Source of the DNA: a virus
DNA length: 64,000 nt
Strand: one strand, 5' to 3'
IMG/VR virus record: IMGVR_UViG_3300046804_000544
Coordinates: 68,917 to 132,916 of that record
Positions within the stretch are counted from its first letter, which is position 1; each line of letters begins with the position of its first letter. A model generated the notes under the pieces. The model did no database searches. It saw only the letters and a program-made list of their open reading frames with translations, and had not been told where the DNA came from. The position numbers were made by a program, and so were the translations under genes. This document shows, in pieces, positions 19,701 to 28,856 of the stretch.

Positions 19701-22700
19701 TATATCTTAAACCATTGGGGTATAACAATACTCCTTGGTCGACAGACGGAGTAACAGAATATTTAAGGACTCCTGGATATGTTAGATATGAAGATGTAAA
19801 ATTAAATTTAGACACTTTAGATGAAGTTTTAACAAAAGATGTTACCGCATTTAAAGAAGGTGATTATGTTTGGTGTGCATTTGAAGGACGTGATTGGAAC
19901 GTCTATAGATTTACTAAAACTAATTTTTACGTTGAAGATGTAGAATATAATTCGGGTACACTGTCTATTCAGTGTTCGTCTATACCTGAATTAGTCACCG
20001 ATGATATTATTGGTATTGTTAATTCAGATACAATACAGGGGTTCTACAAAGTTTCGTCTGTTGAATTAAACAAAATTTTTATTAAAACTACAATTGCAAA
20101 ATGGCAACCGCCGTTTGCTGATAGTTCTACAATATTAACATTTAAATTTACAAAAATTAGATCGTTGTCTATTGATGACATGAATGCTGTATTGCCTGCA
20201 AGATTAAAACATAACGAACTTGTATGGGTTGATGATAACGGTAGCGGTTTATTTACAGTGTATAAAAACAATCCTGTTTATCAACCTCGTTCTATTAAGA
20301 GATTTTCTCTCGATACAGATAATTTAAATTTTGGACAAAAAGTAGCCATAGCTAAGAATGGAAATTTAGCGGCAGTTACAAGCAACACTGAAGTTGCAAT
20401 ATTTGGAAAAGATTCTACAGGTTTAGCTTGGATCCAGAAACAAATTATTACCCCAGACCCAACAATTTCTAGTTTAACAAATTTAAACTTTGGTAAAGAA
20501 ATCTGTTTTAGCCCTGATGGCAATTGGATGGCAATATCTGCTCCAACTGCTTCATATGTTCGTTCATCGTGGGCTGGTGACTATGACGGTGGCCATAGTT
20601 ATTATGCTGGAGATGTAGTAAGATTAGTTTCTAAGTATAAAAATCCAGTAAGGAATGTTTATCTAAGTACTCATTGGAAAGCTAAACCAACAGCGGTCTT
20701 TCGAGGATCAATTACAGGAACAACGCTTACTGTAACCAACATATTGTCAGGAACTATTGCAATAGGACAGCCTATTAGCGCAAATAATATTCTTCCGGGA
20801 ACAGTTATAACTGCTGGTTCTGGTTTAAGCTGGACAGTTAGTACTAATCAAGTATTAACTGATGCTGTTTTTTATAGCGGACTTACTGGAATAGACTGGA
20901 GTACTATAAATGTCTTTAGTCAAGATTGGGAAATGGCTACTATGGTAGATGTTGATCCAATTAAACCTGCTAGTACTTTGTTAAGACAGGGCTATGTTGA
21001 GTTATATAACAAGAATAGTCAAAGCGGAAATTACACATTACATTCTAGATTTGTTAGCCCGTTCCCAACAGCAAATGAATTATTTGGTTCTAAAATGGTA
21101 CTTAGCAAATCCGGTGATGAATATGTGCTGGCAATTTCTAGCCTAGGTTATAATAACGATCAAGGTCGAGTCTATATGTTTAGATATAACTCAGATTTTA
21201 CCAGCTCGGCATCTTGGCATATGGATTATGATAAAAACTATGTTGGAACTTTTGATCCTACAGTAAAATATTCAGTTGGAGATATTGTTTTTAATTCTGA
21301 CACGTATGAATTATATCAATGTTTATCTGAACAGGATCCTGCACCGTTTACACAAAATCCAAGTGCATGGCAATTAGTTGAAAGATCAAATATATTAGGA
21401 TACTTCCCCCAAGAAGTAGTTACTGGTCAAATTAACCCTTATCTTGTAGTTAAACCTACAAAAGACGACTTAGTAGAAAGTGTATTTGAAGGTGATCAGT
21501 TTGGTTACAGTTTAAGTTTTTCTAGTGACGGATCAACACTTGCTATATCTTCTCCTTTAGCCGACCAGTATGCTGACAATAATTTTAAAGGTCTGTATAG
21601 AGAAACATTAGCATATAGTCAAAACGATATTGTTTACTATAACGGAATTTATTATTCTTATCTTTTAACATTTAACGGCATACCTGCTGGTACTTTTAAT
21701 TTGAATAATTGGACAGCAGTATCTAATTTGCGATATTTAAATTCTGGAAAAGTATTTTTATATGAAAGTACTAATGCTGGATATAAATTAATTGATTCGT
21801 TAGGGGTATCAGATTTAGATTCAGAAAGAGAAATTAGATTCGGAGAATCTATTGATTTATCAACTGACGGAAGTTTGTTAGTAGTAGGAAGCCCCGCATT
21901 TGATGTAAATGTTATAGACTCTGGAGCAGTATTTTTGTTTGGAAGAAATAATTCTTCTTATAATTTAGTAAAAGAAATATATCGTAATAAACAAGAAGAA
22001 AATGAAAGAGTGGGAACTTACGTTGCTTTAATGAACGATGATGAAACATTAGTTTCCTTTGCAGCGAACGGTGATGTTTATAGATATACAACATTTGATT
22101 CTTATTCCGAACCATTTACCGGAATTGATTCAACAACTGCAAAATATCTACTAGATCCAGAATCTACGCAAACTGAGCAATCAACTACATTTGACAATGA
22201 TACTTTAAAATTAGTTGAAGTTCAGGTAGATACCGGTCGAATTGATATTTTTGACAAATTTGGAAATAGTTATGTCTATGGAGAAAGCCTAGATACTAGC
22301 GATACAAATTCTACTACTGATGGCTACGGAACTTCAATTGCTGTTGGCAATAACAATATTCTAGTTGGTGTTCCTTACGATAGTGTAAACTTTGTATTAA
22401 ATGGTAGGGTTGATACATTTTCAAAATTACCTAATACAAAATCTTGGTCTGTACTGCATGAAGAAGTTCCTAGACCAAATGTTTACAACATCAAGAAGGC
22501 CTATGTTTATAACAAAATATCTAATACGTTAATTTCTTATATTGATGTAGTCGACCCAATACAAGGAAAAATCCCAGGCCCGGCAGATCAAGAAATACGA
22601 TACAAAACATATTTTGATCCGGCAGTTTATGCTGTTGGAACAGAAGGACTAAATGTTGACGAAGGGATGCAATGGTCTGCTAGTCAAGTTGGTCTCCTAT

Positions 22701-25700
22701 GGTGGGACTTAACAAGAGCAAAATTTATAGATAATCAGGGAGGTAATACTACCTACAGATCATCAACTTGGAATAAACTATATGAAACTTCAAGCATAGA
22801 TATATACGAATGGGTTGAAAGTAAACTTAAACCATCTGAAAGAGATGCATTAGTAGGTACACCTAAGGGAGAAAGTTTAGGAATTACTGGATTAAGTAGG
22901 TATGGAGATTCTGTATACAGTGTTAAGAAAAAATATGACACAGTAGCACAAAAATTTAAAAACACCTATTATTATTGGATTAAAAACCCTACAGTAATAC
23001 CCAATGTTCAGGGAAGAATTTTAAGTGCTAAAACTGTAGCTAGTTTAATAGCTGATCCTATAGCAGAAGGATATGCATGTTTAATTCTAACTGGAAACAA
23101 TACATTTTCTTTAGCAAACTTTGAAAGTTTAATTGAATCAACAAATTGTAATTTCAATGTTGAGTATTGGACCATAGCTCCGCAATATACTCAAATAAAC
23201 TCTCACAGCCAATGGAAAATTTTAAGTGAAAATGTAGAAACTGTAATTCCTGTAGAAATTGAAAAGAAATGGATTCATAGTCTAGTTGGAAAAGATGACG
23301 ACAATAGGCCTGTTCCTGATTTAGCAATTCCTTTTAAACGTCGATACGGTGTTGAGTTTAGACCTAGACAAAGTATGTTTGTTAACCGCATTGAGGCATT
23401 AAAACAATACATTGAGCGAGTTAACTCTGTTATATCTAATATATTAATAGCTGACGATTATGATTTGACAGATTTATTAGCATACGATCCTGTACCTAGC
23501 GCAGTAACTGGTAAATGGGATAAAGAAATTAATACAGAATTAGAATTAAGATTTATTGGTACAGCATTAGTCCAGCCAGCTGAGTTAACACCAACTATAG
23601 TTAACGGTAGAATTACCGGAGTAATTATTAATAATTCTGGATACGGATATATAAATGCACCTTATGTTAAAATAGTAAGTAACCAGGGTGTTGATGCAGT
23701 TTTAAGAACAGAGATCAACAATCTAGGCCAGGTTATCGGTGTCAGTGTAATTAATTCCGGTAAAGGTTATTTGTCAGATACCACCTTAGTAATTAGACCT
23801 TATGCCGTTTTAGTTAAATCAGATTCAAATGTATTTGATAAATGGAGCATTTATCATTTTAATTCTGCGACCCAAATTTGGGAACGATATCAGAGTCAAT
23901 CATACGATGTAACTTTATATTGGAATTATATTGACTGGTACAGCGCCGGATATAGCCAGTTTACAAAAATTGATTTTGTTGTAGACAACACATATCAACT
24001 TGCTTCTTTAAGTGCAAATATTGGCAATGTAGTAAAGGTCAACAACATTGGAACTGGCGGCTGGATTTTATTAGAAAAATATGCCAATAATCCGTCTATT
24101 GATTATACTTTAAGTTATTCTGTAATTGGAAGACAACACGGAACTATAGAATTTTCTAAGCAATTATATGATTTTTCAAATTCAATAGAAGGGTTTGATG
24201 GTAGTTTGTATGATAGTTTATATTACGACAATGTTCCTGACATAGAATTAAAAATTATTATTGACACTATTAGAAACAAGATACTTGTCGACGAGCTTAA
24301 AGTTGAATATTTAAAATTATTCTTTGCCTCTGTTAGATATGCACTGAACGAACAAACATTTGTTGACTGGGCATTTAAAACCAGCTTTGTAAAAGCAACA
24401 CACAAAGTAGGGTACCTAAAACAAAAAGTAAATTATAATAATGACAATCTATCTAATTTTGAAGATTATATTAAAGAAGTTAAACCTTATAGAACTCAAA
24501 TTAGAGAATATATTAGTCAGTATCAGTCTTTAGATACTGCTTATAGCTCAGTAACTGATTTTGATTTACCTCCAAAGTTGAATGATGATTTAAGTATAAC
24601 TCCTGTTAGTGCTGTAGTCGACAGCGGCGGAATTTTTTCTTATGATACAGAAATAAATCAATATCCGTGGAAACATTGGAAAGATCATGTTGGTTTTACT
24701 ATACAAGATATTGTAATAGTAGACGGAGGATCTGGTTATATTGATAATCCTATTGTTAACATTATTGGCGGCTACGGAACTGGAGCAACGGCCAAGGCTT
24801 ATATAGCCAATGGAAAAGTTAATAGAATACAAATAATTAATCCTGGTACAGGATATTTGAAAGCTCCTGTTATTTCTATCGATGGAAGTTTAGGCGTAGG
24901 TGGCATTCAAGCTCGTGCAGTAGCAATTATTGAATCTGAAGTTGTTAGAGCAAATAAAATATCAATTAAGTTTGATAGACTTGCTAAAACATACATAGTA
25001 TCAGAAATTATTGAAACTGAAACATTTATCGGAACTGGTTCTAGATTACAATTTGCTCTTAAATTTAGTCCTGTACTAGCAATTAATACACATTCCGTTC
25101 TTGTAAACGGTGTTGATGTTCTTAAAGAAGATTATTCTTTAAGCACTAAAAAATCAACAGCCAAAGGATTTACCAGTTACAGTGGTCTACTAACACTAAC
25201 AGAAGCACCAGCTAAGAATGCAGTAATAACTATTGCTTATAAAAAGAATTTTGAACACCTATCTGCTACAGATAGAATCAACTTTTATTATAATCCAGAT
25301 TCTGGAATGTACGGTAAAGATCTAGCACAGCTAATGACTGGTGTTGACTATGGCGGCGTTGAAGTTACCGGCTTAGGATTTGCTATAAGTGGCGGCTGGG
25401 AAAGCCTTCCTTGGTTCTCTGATACTTGGGATGGTTTTGATGTACTGTTTAGTGATTATATTGTATCTGTAAGTGACAGTACCTACAGTTACACATTGCC
25501 TTATGTTCCTGCTGTTGGAGAAGAAATTAACATATATGTTAACGGTCAACGAATAGATGATCCTTACTTTAACAGTTACGACGGTAGCACAGTCAAACCA
25601 AATGGAAGAACTATTGCTCCGGTTGGCACAGTTATGCAAACTATTGTAGGAGATGGTGTAACTAATACGTATGTATTGCCGAACTTGCAAGCTACTCCTC

Positions 25701-28165
25701 CGTTGGATATTAACGAAGGCGACACTATTATTTTTAGAAAGGCAACCAGCGACGGCAGCTACACTCCACTACCAAATGAGTATGACACTCAATTAACAGG
25801 CGGAAATTTAGCGTATACAACTGCTACTGGATTTGCTGCCGATGATATTAATGTTGACGGAGACGGATTTGTAACACCTAATACTAGCTATGCTCCCGAA
25901 GAAGTAGTTCCAGGACAATTGTTTGACACGGTAGCTATTAAAGTATTCCAACTACCAACTAGCGGTGCTGCAAGATTAATGTTTAAGAATTATGTTTGTG
26001 ACGGAGTAAACACAAATTTTGCATTTGGACAAATTCCGCAGAGCAATACTGCTGTTCTAGTAAAATTAGATAATGTAATTTTAAAAGAATCTGTAGACTA
26101 CACAGTTGATTGGCCAAACTTACAAATTGTAATGACAGTTGCTCCAGCTAACAAGAAAGTTATTAACATAATTACGTTTGGTAGCGCATCACCTTATCTA
26201 TTAGATACAAATTATTTTGTATCAGATGGTAGCACAACGGAGTATATTACTAATGCTCCTTGGTTAGAAACACTTGGTAATATTGTATTAGTTGACGGTG
26301 CAGCAGTGCCGTATGATTTGTTTAAAACAGATGCTACATATGAAAAGCCTAGTTGTGCAGGTATAAGATTAGGATCTGCTCCAGCTGAAGGTTCTGTAAT
26401 TACATATATGATTACCTCAGACGGTAATAGTACAGCCAGTGTGGTTAAATCACAATCTCTATTAACAGACGGCTCAACTAAAGTCTTTACATTGACAAAT
26501 CCTCCAGGAGTTTCATTACCTAATGAAAATAATGTTTTAGTAAAAGTTGGCGGTACTATATTAGCTCCAGGTAGTAATTCAGAATACTTTACACTAACAG
26601 ATTTAAACTTAGAGTACAACTTGACTCTATATAAGAGCGAACCTTATAGCATAGATCCAGTTAATACTAAAGTTTATCTAGACGGCGTAGAACTTTCAAT
26701 CGGCACTGATTTTGTATTTGATATCAGCGTACCTAGTGTTCAACTTAATGTTGATCTCTATAAAGACGGAGGCACATTAATTGTAACAAACTTTGCCGGA
26801 TCTGCATACACTATAGCAAATAATCAAATTGTGTTTGCTAATGCCCCAGTTGATTACACAGTAACTCCAGTTGAAATAATTACTTTCTACAACCATAATG
26901 TTGAAGAAGTCGTAAGAACACGAGAAACAGTTTCTACTAGCGGATCATTAACTGTAGGCACTTATGACTATTTTAGATTTATGCACCTAAGCGGCGGCGA
27001 TTTAAAATTAAGCGGGCCAGTACGTGAAGATGATCAAATTTGGATTGTTAAAAACAGTTATTTGTTATCACACAGCATTGATTTTTATCTAGATGAAACT
27101 CGTCAATCAATTGTGTTATCAACTCCGTTAACATCTACTGATGTGTTAGATGTCATATTGTTTAGTGGTCCTCAAGTATCTGCAGGTTACGGATACATGC
27201 AGTTTAAAGACATGTTAAATCGTGTACATTACAAACGTATTAACAAAAACAAAACTACTAGATTAGCACAAGATTTAGCTCAGTTTGATAAAGATATTAT
27301 AGTGCAAGATGGTACTGTACTGTCTGAACCTGGTACAATGCCGGGAATTATTGAAATCAACGGCGAGCGTATTGAATATTTTGCTAAATCAGGGAATACA
27401 TTATCTAGATTAAGAAGAGGCACATTAGGCACAGGAACACCTGAACTGCATGTGGCTAACACTTATGTTATAGATTTAGGTCCAACAGAAACTATTCCTT
27501 ACAACGATACACAGCATGTTGATAAGTTAATCAGTGACGGTAGCTCAACTACGTTTGGATTACGTTACATTCCTGAATCTGTTAATGAAATTGAAGTATT
27601 TGTACAAGGATATAGATTAAACAAATCAGCTTACAGTAGATTTGAAGAATCAAATGATTATCCTTATAGTCCAGAAGGTGACAGTACGTACCCTGCAGAT
27701 TTTACTGTAAATGGAACTAGCAATAGTGTAACTATAACCAATAGTGTAGCAGTCAACAGCAGAGTCGTAGTAACTAAACGCACTGGACGAGTATGGCAAG
27801 ACAGTCAGTCTAATGTTCAACAACAGGTAATTTACAAAGACATTCGCGTTGGACCTGCTAGTTTTAATGTTCGTCGTGTTGGCGCTGGATACACTTTAAC
27901 CCTTAATGCAGGTGGCTACGGATATTCTGTAGGAGATGTCTTAAAGATAACTGGTGATATGGTAGGCGGAACAAGCCCTGATAACGACATTTTTATCACA
28001 ATTACACAGGTTTCAGAAGACAGCACCAACAGTATTTTATCTTACACTTATACAGGACAAGCATACAATATTAACTATTTGGCTAAAAATCTGTTAAATT
28101 CTAACAATACAATTGCACAATTTGTCACTGCATATGAGACAATTTATCCGCAGTACATGCCCTGA
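13778..28165 (+). CDS. Giant (4795 aa) baseplate wedge/adhesin-like virion protein (gp7-like position)
   Basis: Uninterrupted ORF coupled to gp6; FG-GAP-like propeller blades, CBM5/12-like aromatic modules, GxGY repeats, repeated DGxTxxF small beta modules. Confidence 0.75.
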   Translation: MANQNQSESGLPLSNQSNRQTSDLLPRYYRTDANKKFLSATLDQLTKPGKVKKLTGYIGRAYAKSTVADDVFLQASTTERQNYQLEPAAVIQDYLGNVTFFKDYIDHMNHIEVFGGIVNNHARVNEQEFYSWDPHIDWDKFVNFEQYYWLPDGPPAVEVIGQTEEIESTFTVRTEDEGDTYAYIFTPDGLTRNPTLTLYKGQTYKFEINSPNNPFSIKTARVSGDLERYTDGVSASAIEEGVITFVVPRGSPDVLYYVSEEDANVGGTIQVADINENTFLDVDKDIIGKKTYKLKNGLSLSNGMKLYFTGKTNPSQYSTGYWYVEGVGKAIQLVNEKDLSIIGSYTEEVNQLFDDRPFDRDPFSTSTAYPANKDYIVINRASPDRNPWSRYNRWFHQDVIIQSAANNGSIADLDQTARANRPIIEFQAGLKLYNFGHKAKLDVDLIDNFTTDVFSTVEGSLGYNIDGIDLAQGMRVIFSADPDRFVKDKIFNVNFIEVIVPSRQFEFLAATGVDVTTDIITCNTPHGLNTGNQITYLNNGNASVQGLVHRKIYYAYIINDTQLKLYTDKLLTQQVDIFNIGTGVHSFEVFSGIRRQINLVEADDAVPLENETVIIKQGTTNQGSMYWYDGTDWKTGPAKTSVNNNPLFDLFDSNGNSFGDTSVYDGSSFSGNRIFSYKVGTGPNDSSLGFPLSYQNINNVGDIKFEFNLLNESFNYKEITQVLTKKTNVGYLKVIKDLTNFDYANGWVTSKVKNTQPVIRVFKESNLTNNFPIDVFDYKDKLSDLEVRVYINGVRQDKDTYSVIDSTVYKKVLLAKDVLLTDIVTLKCYTAQPANSVGYYEVPVSLQNNPGNKDLVNFTLGEVINHVDSIIDNLPAIQGEYPGYSNLRDLGFVTPYGVRFVQHSSPLNFALYHLGSKSENIFKAIDQSREDYNRFKKLFLNKAFDAAIYTEPRAFVDYILTEMLKDKPKTDSYYLSDMFAYSGAKVLSYTVLDATVKTYPLTAHFDLDTLSNKAVGIYLNGEQLLQGRDYTFGTENFFTITANLSEDDIIEVYEYESTDGSFCPPTPTKLGLFPLYEPEIFLDNTYLTPQTVIRGHDGSIVVGYNDYRDNLLLELEKRIFNNIKIKYNPDIFDIYDLIPAYEKTQTYTRAEYNQVLSQFYYQWINNASINNNISYEGDVDITFGYSYDQSYAINGENVPAYWRGIYLWMFGTDSPHTRPWECLGFSIKPLWWESVYGPAPYTSNNYILWDDIANGLIREPGKPVRTNLKFARSALTSGLPVDEDGKLISPLYSNFILGSYNPTTADNYVFGDVGPIETAWRRSSNYPFAIIQTALLLQPNKILGTCLDRSRIIKSKTNQLIYSDTGVRVRLEDLVLPSTASSNTRTFTSGLLNYVVDYLTSSLTSNLETYKSNLTNLTNKITSKLGGFTTKEKYRLLLDSKNPLSSGGVFVPEESYNLFLNTSSAIKRVSYSGIIVTLGTSGKYEVRGYDIDRPYFVTYSPIELGKYINIGGISESYLNWDTEKYYLSGKVTKYNGNYYRVKISHTSTDKFNTEYFVKLPSLPLMGGVDAYLPNKWNFSQPIVVPYGTTFSSRQDVVTFILGYGAYLKSQGFVFDDYNPEYKLIDNWETSTKEFLFWTTQNWAVNSAIALSPLSKKLIFTPTETSVVGNIRDDFYNYSIFRADGQKLNAEFTNTFREESTFTLSPKNTNHGIYGAVLYLLQKEHVLLLENRTLFNDVIYDQEPGFRQEKIKVLGYITSYWSGGLDSPGFIFDEAKITEWQPYQDYYLGETVQYKQFYYVANRFVNGSDSFQMTDSNRNVNWIKIDEKPKAKLLPNWDYKVEQFTDFYDLDTDNFDTEQQRLAQHLIGYQKRQYLENIINDDVSQYKFYQGMIIEKGTQNVLNKLFDVLSADGEESLEFYEEWAVRVGEYGGIEIYDEIEFKLDESLFKLNPQPFELTSTNSNINDFIIKQLPTDIYLKPLGYNNTPWSTDGVTEYLRTPGYVRYEDVKLNLDTLDEVLTKDVTAFKEGDYVWCAFEGRDWNVYRFTKTNFYVEDVEYNSGTLSIQCSSIPELVTDDIIGIVNSDTIQGFYKVSSVELNKIFIKTTIAKWQPPFADSSTILTFKFTKIRSLSIDDMNAVLPARLKHNELVWVDDNGSGLFTVYKNNPVYQPRSIKRFSLDTDNLNFGQKVAIAKNGNLAAVTSNTEVAIFGKDSTGLAWIQKQIITPDPTISSLTNLNFGKEICFSPDGNWMAISAPTASYVRSSWAGDYDGGHSYYAGDVVRLVSKYKNPVRNVYLSTHWKAKPTAVFRGSITGTTLTVTNILSGTIAIGQPISANNILPGTVITAGSGLSWTVSTNQVLTDAVFYSGLTGIDWSTINVFSQDWEMATMVDVDPIKPASTLLRQGYVELYNKNSQSGNYTLHSRFVSPFPTANELFGSKMVLSKSGDEYVLAISSLGYNNDQGRVYMFRYNSDFTSSASWHMDYDKNYVGTFDPTVKYSVGDIVFNSDTYELYQCLSEQDPAPFTQNPSAWQLVERSNILGYFPQEVVTGQINPYLVVKPTKDDLVESVFEGDQFGYSLSFSSDGSTLAISSPLADQYADNNFKGLYRETLAYSQNDIVYYNGIYYSYLLTFNGIPAGTFNLNNWTAVSNLRYLNSGKVFLYESTNAGYKLIDSLGVSDLDSEREIRFGESIDLSTDGSLLVVGSPAFDVNVIDSGAVFLFGRNNSSYNLVKEIYRNKQEENERVGTYVALMNDDETLVSFAANGDVYRYTTFDSYSEPFTGIDSTTAKYLLDPESTQTEQSTTFDNDTLKLVEVQVDTGRIDIFDKFGNSYVYGESLDTSDTNSTTDGYGTSIAVGNNNILVGVPYDSVNFVLNGRVDTFSKLPNTKSWSVLHEEVPRPNVYNIKKAYVYNKISNTLISYIDVVDPIQGKIPGPADQEIRYKTYFDPAVYAVGTEGLNVDEGMQWSASQVGLLWWDLTRAKFIDNQGGNTTYRSSTWNKLYETSSIDIYEWVESKLKPSERDALVGTPKGESLGITGLSRYGDSVYSVKKKYDTVAQKFKNTYYYWIKNPTVIPNVQGRILSAKTVASLIADPIAEGYACLILTGNNTFSLANFESLIESTNCNFNVEYWTIAPQYTQINSHSQWKILSENVETVIPVEIEKKWIHSLVGKDDDNRPVPDLAIPFKRRYGVEFRPRQSMFVNRIEALKQYIERVNSVISNILIADDYDLTDLLAYDPVPSAVTGKWDKEINTELELRFIGTALVQPAELTPTIVNGRITGVIINNSGYGYINAPYVKIVSNQGVDAVLRTEINNLGQVIGVSVINSGKGYLSDTTLVIRPYAVLVKSDSNVFDKWSIYHFNSATQIWERYQSQSYDVTLYWNYIDWYSAGYSQFTKIDFVVDNTYQLASLSANIGNVVKVNNIGTGGWILLEKYANNPSIDYTLSYSVIGRQHGTIEFSKQLYDFSNSIEGFDGSLYDSLYYDNVPDIELKIIIDTIRNKILVDELKVEYLKLFFASVRYALNEQTFVDWAFKTSFVKATHKVGYLKQKVNYNNDNLSNFEDYIKEVKPYRTQIREYISQYQSLDTAYSSVTDFDLPPKLNDDLSITPVSAVVDSGGIFSYDTEINQYPWKHWKDHVGFTIQDIVIVDGGSGYIDNPIVNIIGGYGTGATAKAYIANGKVNRIQIINPGTGYLKAPVISIDGSLGVGGIQARAVAIIESEVVRANKISIKFDRLAKTYIVSEIIETETFIGTGSRLQFALKFSPVLAINTHSVLVNGVDVLKEDYSLSTKKSTAKGFTSYSGLLTLTEAPAKNAVITIAYKKNFEHLSATDRINFYYNPDSGMYGKDLAQLMTGVDYGGVEVTGLGFAISGGWESLPWFSDTWDGFDVLFSDYIVSVSDSTYSYTLPYVPAVGEEINIYVNGQRIDDPYFNSYDGSTVKPNGRTIAPVGTVMQTIVGDGVTNTYVLPNLQATPPLDINEGDTIIFRKATSDGSYTPLPNEYDTQLTGGNLAYTTATGFAADDINVDGDGFVTPNTSYAPEEVVPGQLFDTVAIKVFQLPTSGAARLMFKNYVCDGVNTNFAFGQIPQSNTAVLVKLDNVILKESVDYTVDWPNLQIVMTVAPANKKVINIITFGSASPYLLDTNYFVSDGSTTEYITNAPWLETLGNIVLVDGAAVPYDLFKTDATYEKPSCAGIRLGSAPAEGSVITYMITSDGNSTASVVKSQSLLTDGSTKVFTLTNPPGVSLPNENNVLVKVGGTILAPGSNSEYFTLTDLNLEYNLTLYKSEPYSIDPVNTKVYLDGVELSIGTDFVFDISVPSVQLNVDLYKDGGTLIVTNFAGSAYTIANNQIVFANAPVDYTVTPVEIITFYNHNVEEVVRTRETVSTSGSLTVGTYDYFRFMHLSGGDLKLSGPVREDDQIWIVKNSYLLSHSIDFYLDETRQSIVLSTPLTSTDVLDVILFSGPQVSAGYGYMQFKDMLNRVHYKRINKNKTTRLAQDLAQFDKDIIVQDGTVLSEPGTMPGIIEINGERIEYFAKSGNTLSRLRRGTLGTGTPELHVANTYVIDLGPTETIPYNDTQHVDKLISDGSSTTFGLRYIPESVNEIEVFVQGYRLNKSAYSRFEESNDYPYSPEGDSTYPADFTVNGTSNSVTITNSVAVNSRVVVTKRTGRVWQDSQSNVQQQVIYKDIRVGPASFNVRRVGAGYTLTLNAGGYGYSVGDVLKITGDMVGGTSPDNDIFITITQVSEDSTNSILSYTYTGQAYNINYLAKNLLNSNNTIAQFVTAYETIYPQYMP

Positions 28166-28227
28166 TAAATATGAAAGTTGGAAATTTTTTGGTGGAAAAC
28201 TGCGTAGATAATGGAAATAATTAAATA
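28166..28227 (+). promoter_or_regulatory. Two late promoter motifs upstream of the 203-aa virion gene
   Basis: TAAATA at 28166-28171 and 28222-28227 in a 79-nt intergenic gap. Confidence 0.55.
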
Positions 28228-28244
28228 CATTAAAGAGAAAACTT

Positions 28245-28856
28245 ATGCAAGGTAAAGACTTATCCGGAATACATGTAGAGGGACATATTAAAATATTTGA
28301 TCCCTCTACAGGCGAAGTTTATATTAATAAACGCAACGCTATTCATTATGAAAATATGAGTATAGCATTAGCTGAAAGCATAGCTAACAGCGGCCAAGGT
28401 TTTATATATGAAATGGCATTTGGCAATGGCGGCACAACTATAGATCCTACAGGAATTATTACATACTTAACTCCTAATTCTACCGGTACTAATGCCAGTC
28501 TTTACAATGAAACTTATACTAAGGTAGTTGATGATCGTGCTCTTGCAAACGTTGACCCTACTAGAAATAAAATTGAAACTAGACACGTTACAGGTAAAAA
28601 TTATACTGATGTGTTTGTTACTTGTTTATTAGATTACGGCGAACCTAGTAACCAGCAAGCCTTTGATGTTACTACAAACAATGATGAAAATTATGTTTTT
28701 GACGAGTTAGGATTAAAAAGTTATAGTCCTACCGGACAAAGTAGATTATTAACTCATGTAATTTTTCATCCGGTTCAAAAATCATTGAATAGATTAATTC
28801 AAATTGACTATACTGTTCGCATTCAAAGTTTAACAGGTCTAAGTGAGGTAGCCTAA
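28245..28856 (+). CDS. Putative virion structural protein
   Basis: Within tail module, late motif upstream, beta-rich; no specific family recognised. Confidence 0.5.
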   Translation: MQGKDLSGIHVEGHIKIFDPSTGEVYINKRNAIHYENMSIALAESIANSGQGFIYEMAFGNGGTTIDPTGIITYLTPNSTGTNASLYNETYTKVVDDRALANVDPTRNKIETRHVTGKNYTDVFVTCLLDYGEPSNQQAFDVTTNNDENYVFDELGLKSYSPTGQSRLLTHVIFHPVQKSLNRLIQIDYTVRIQSLTGLSEVA

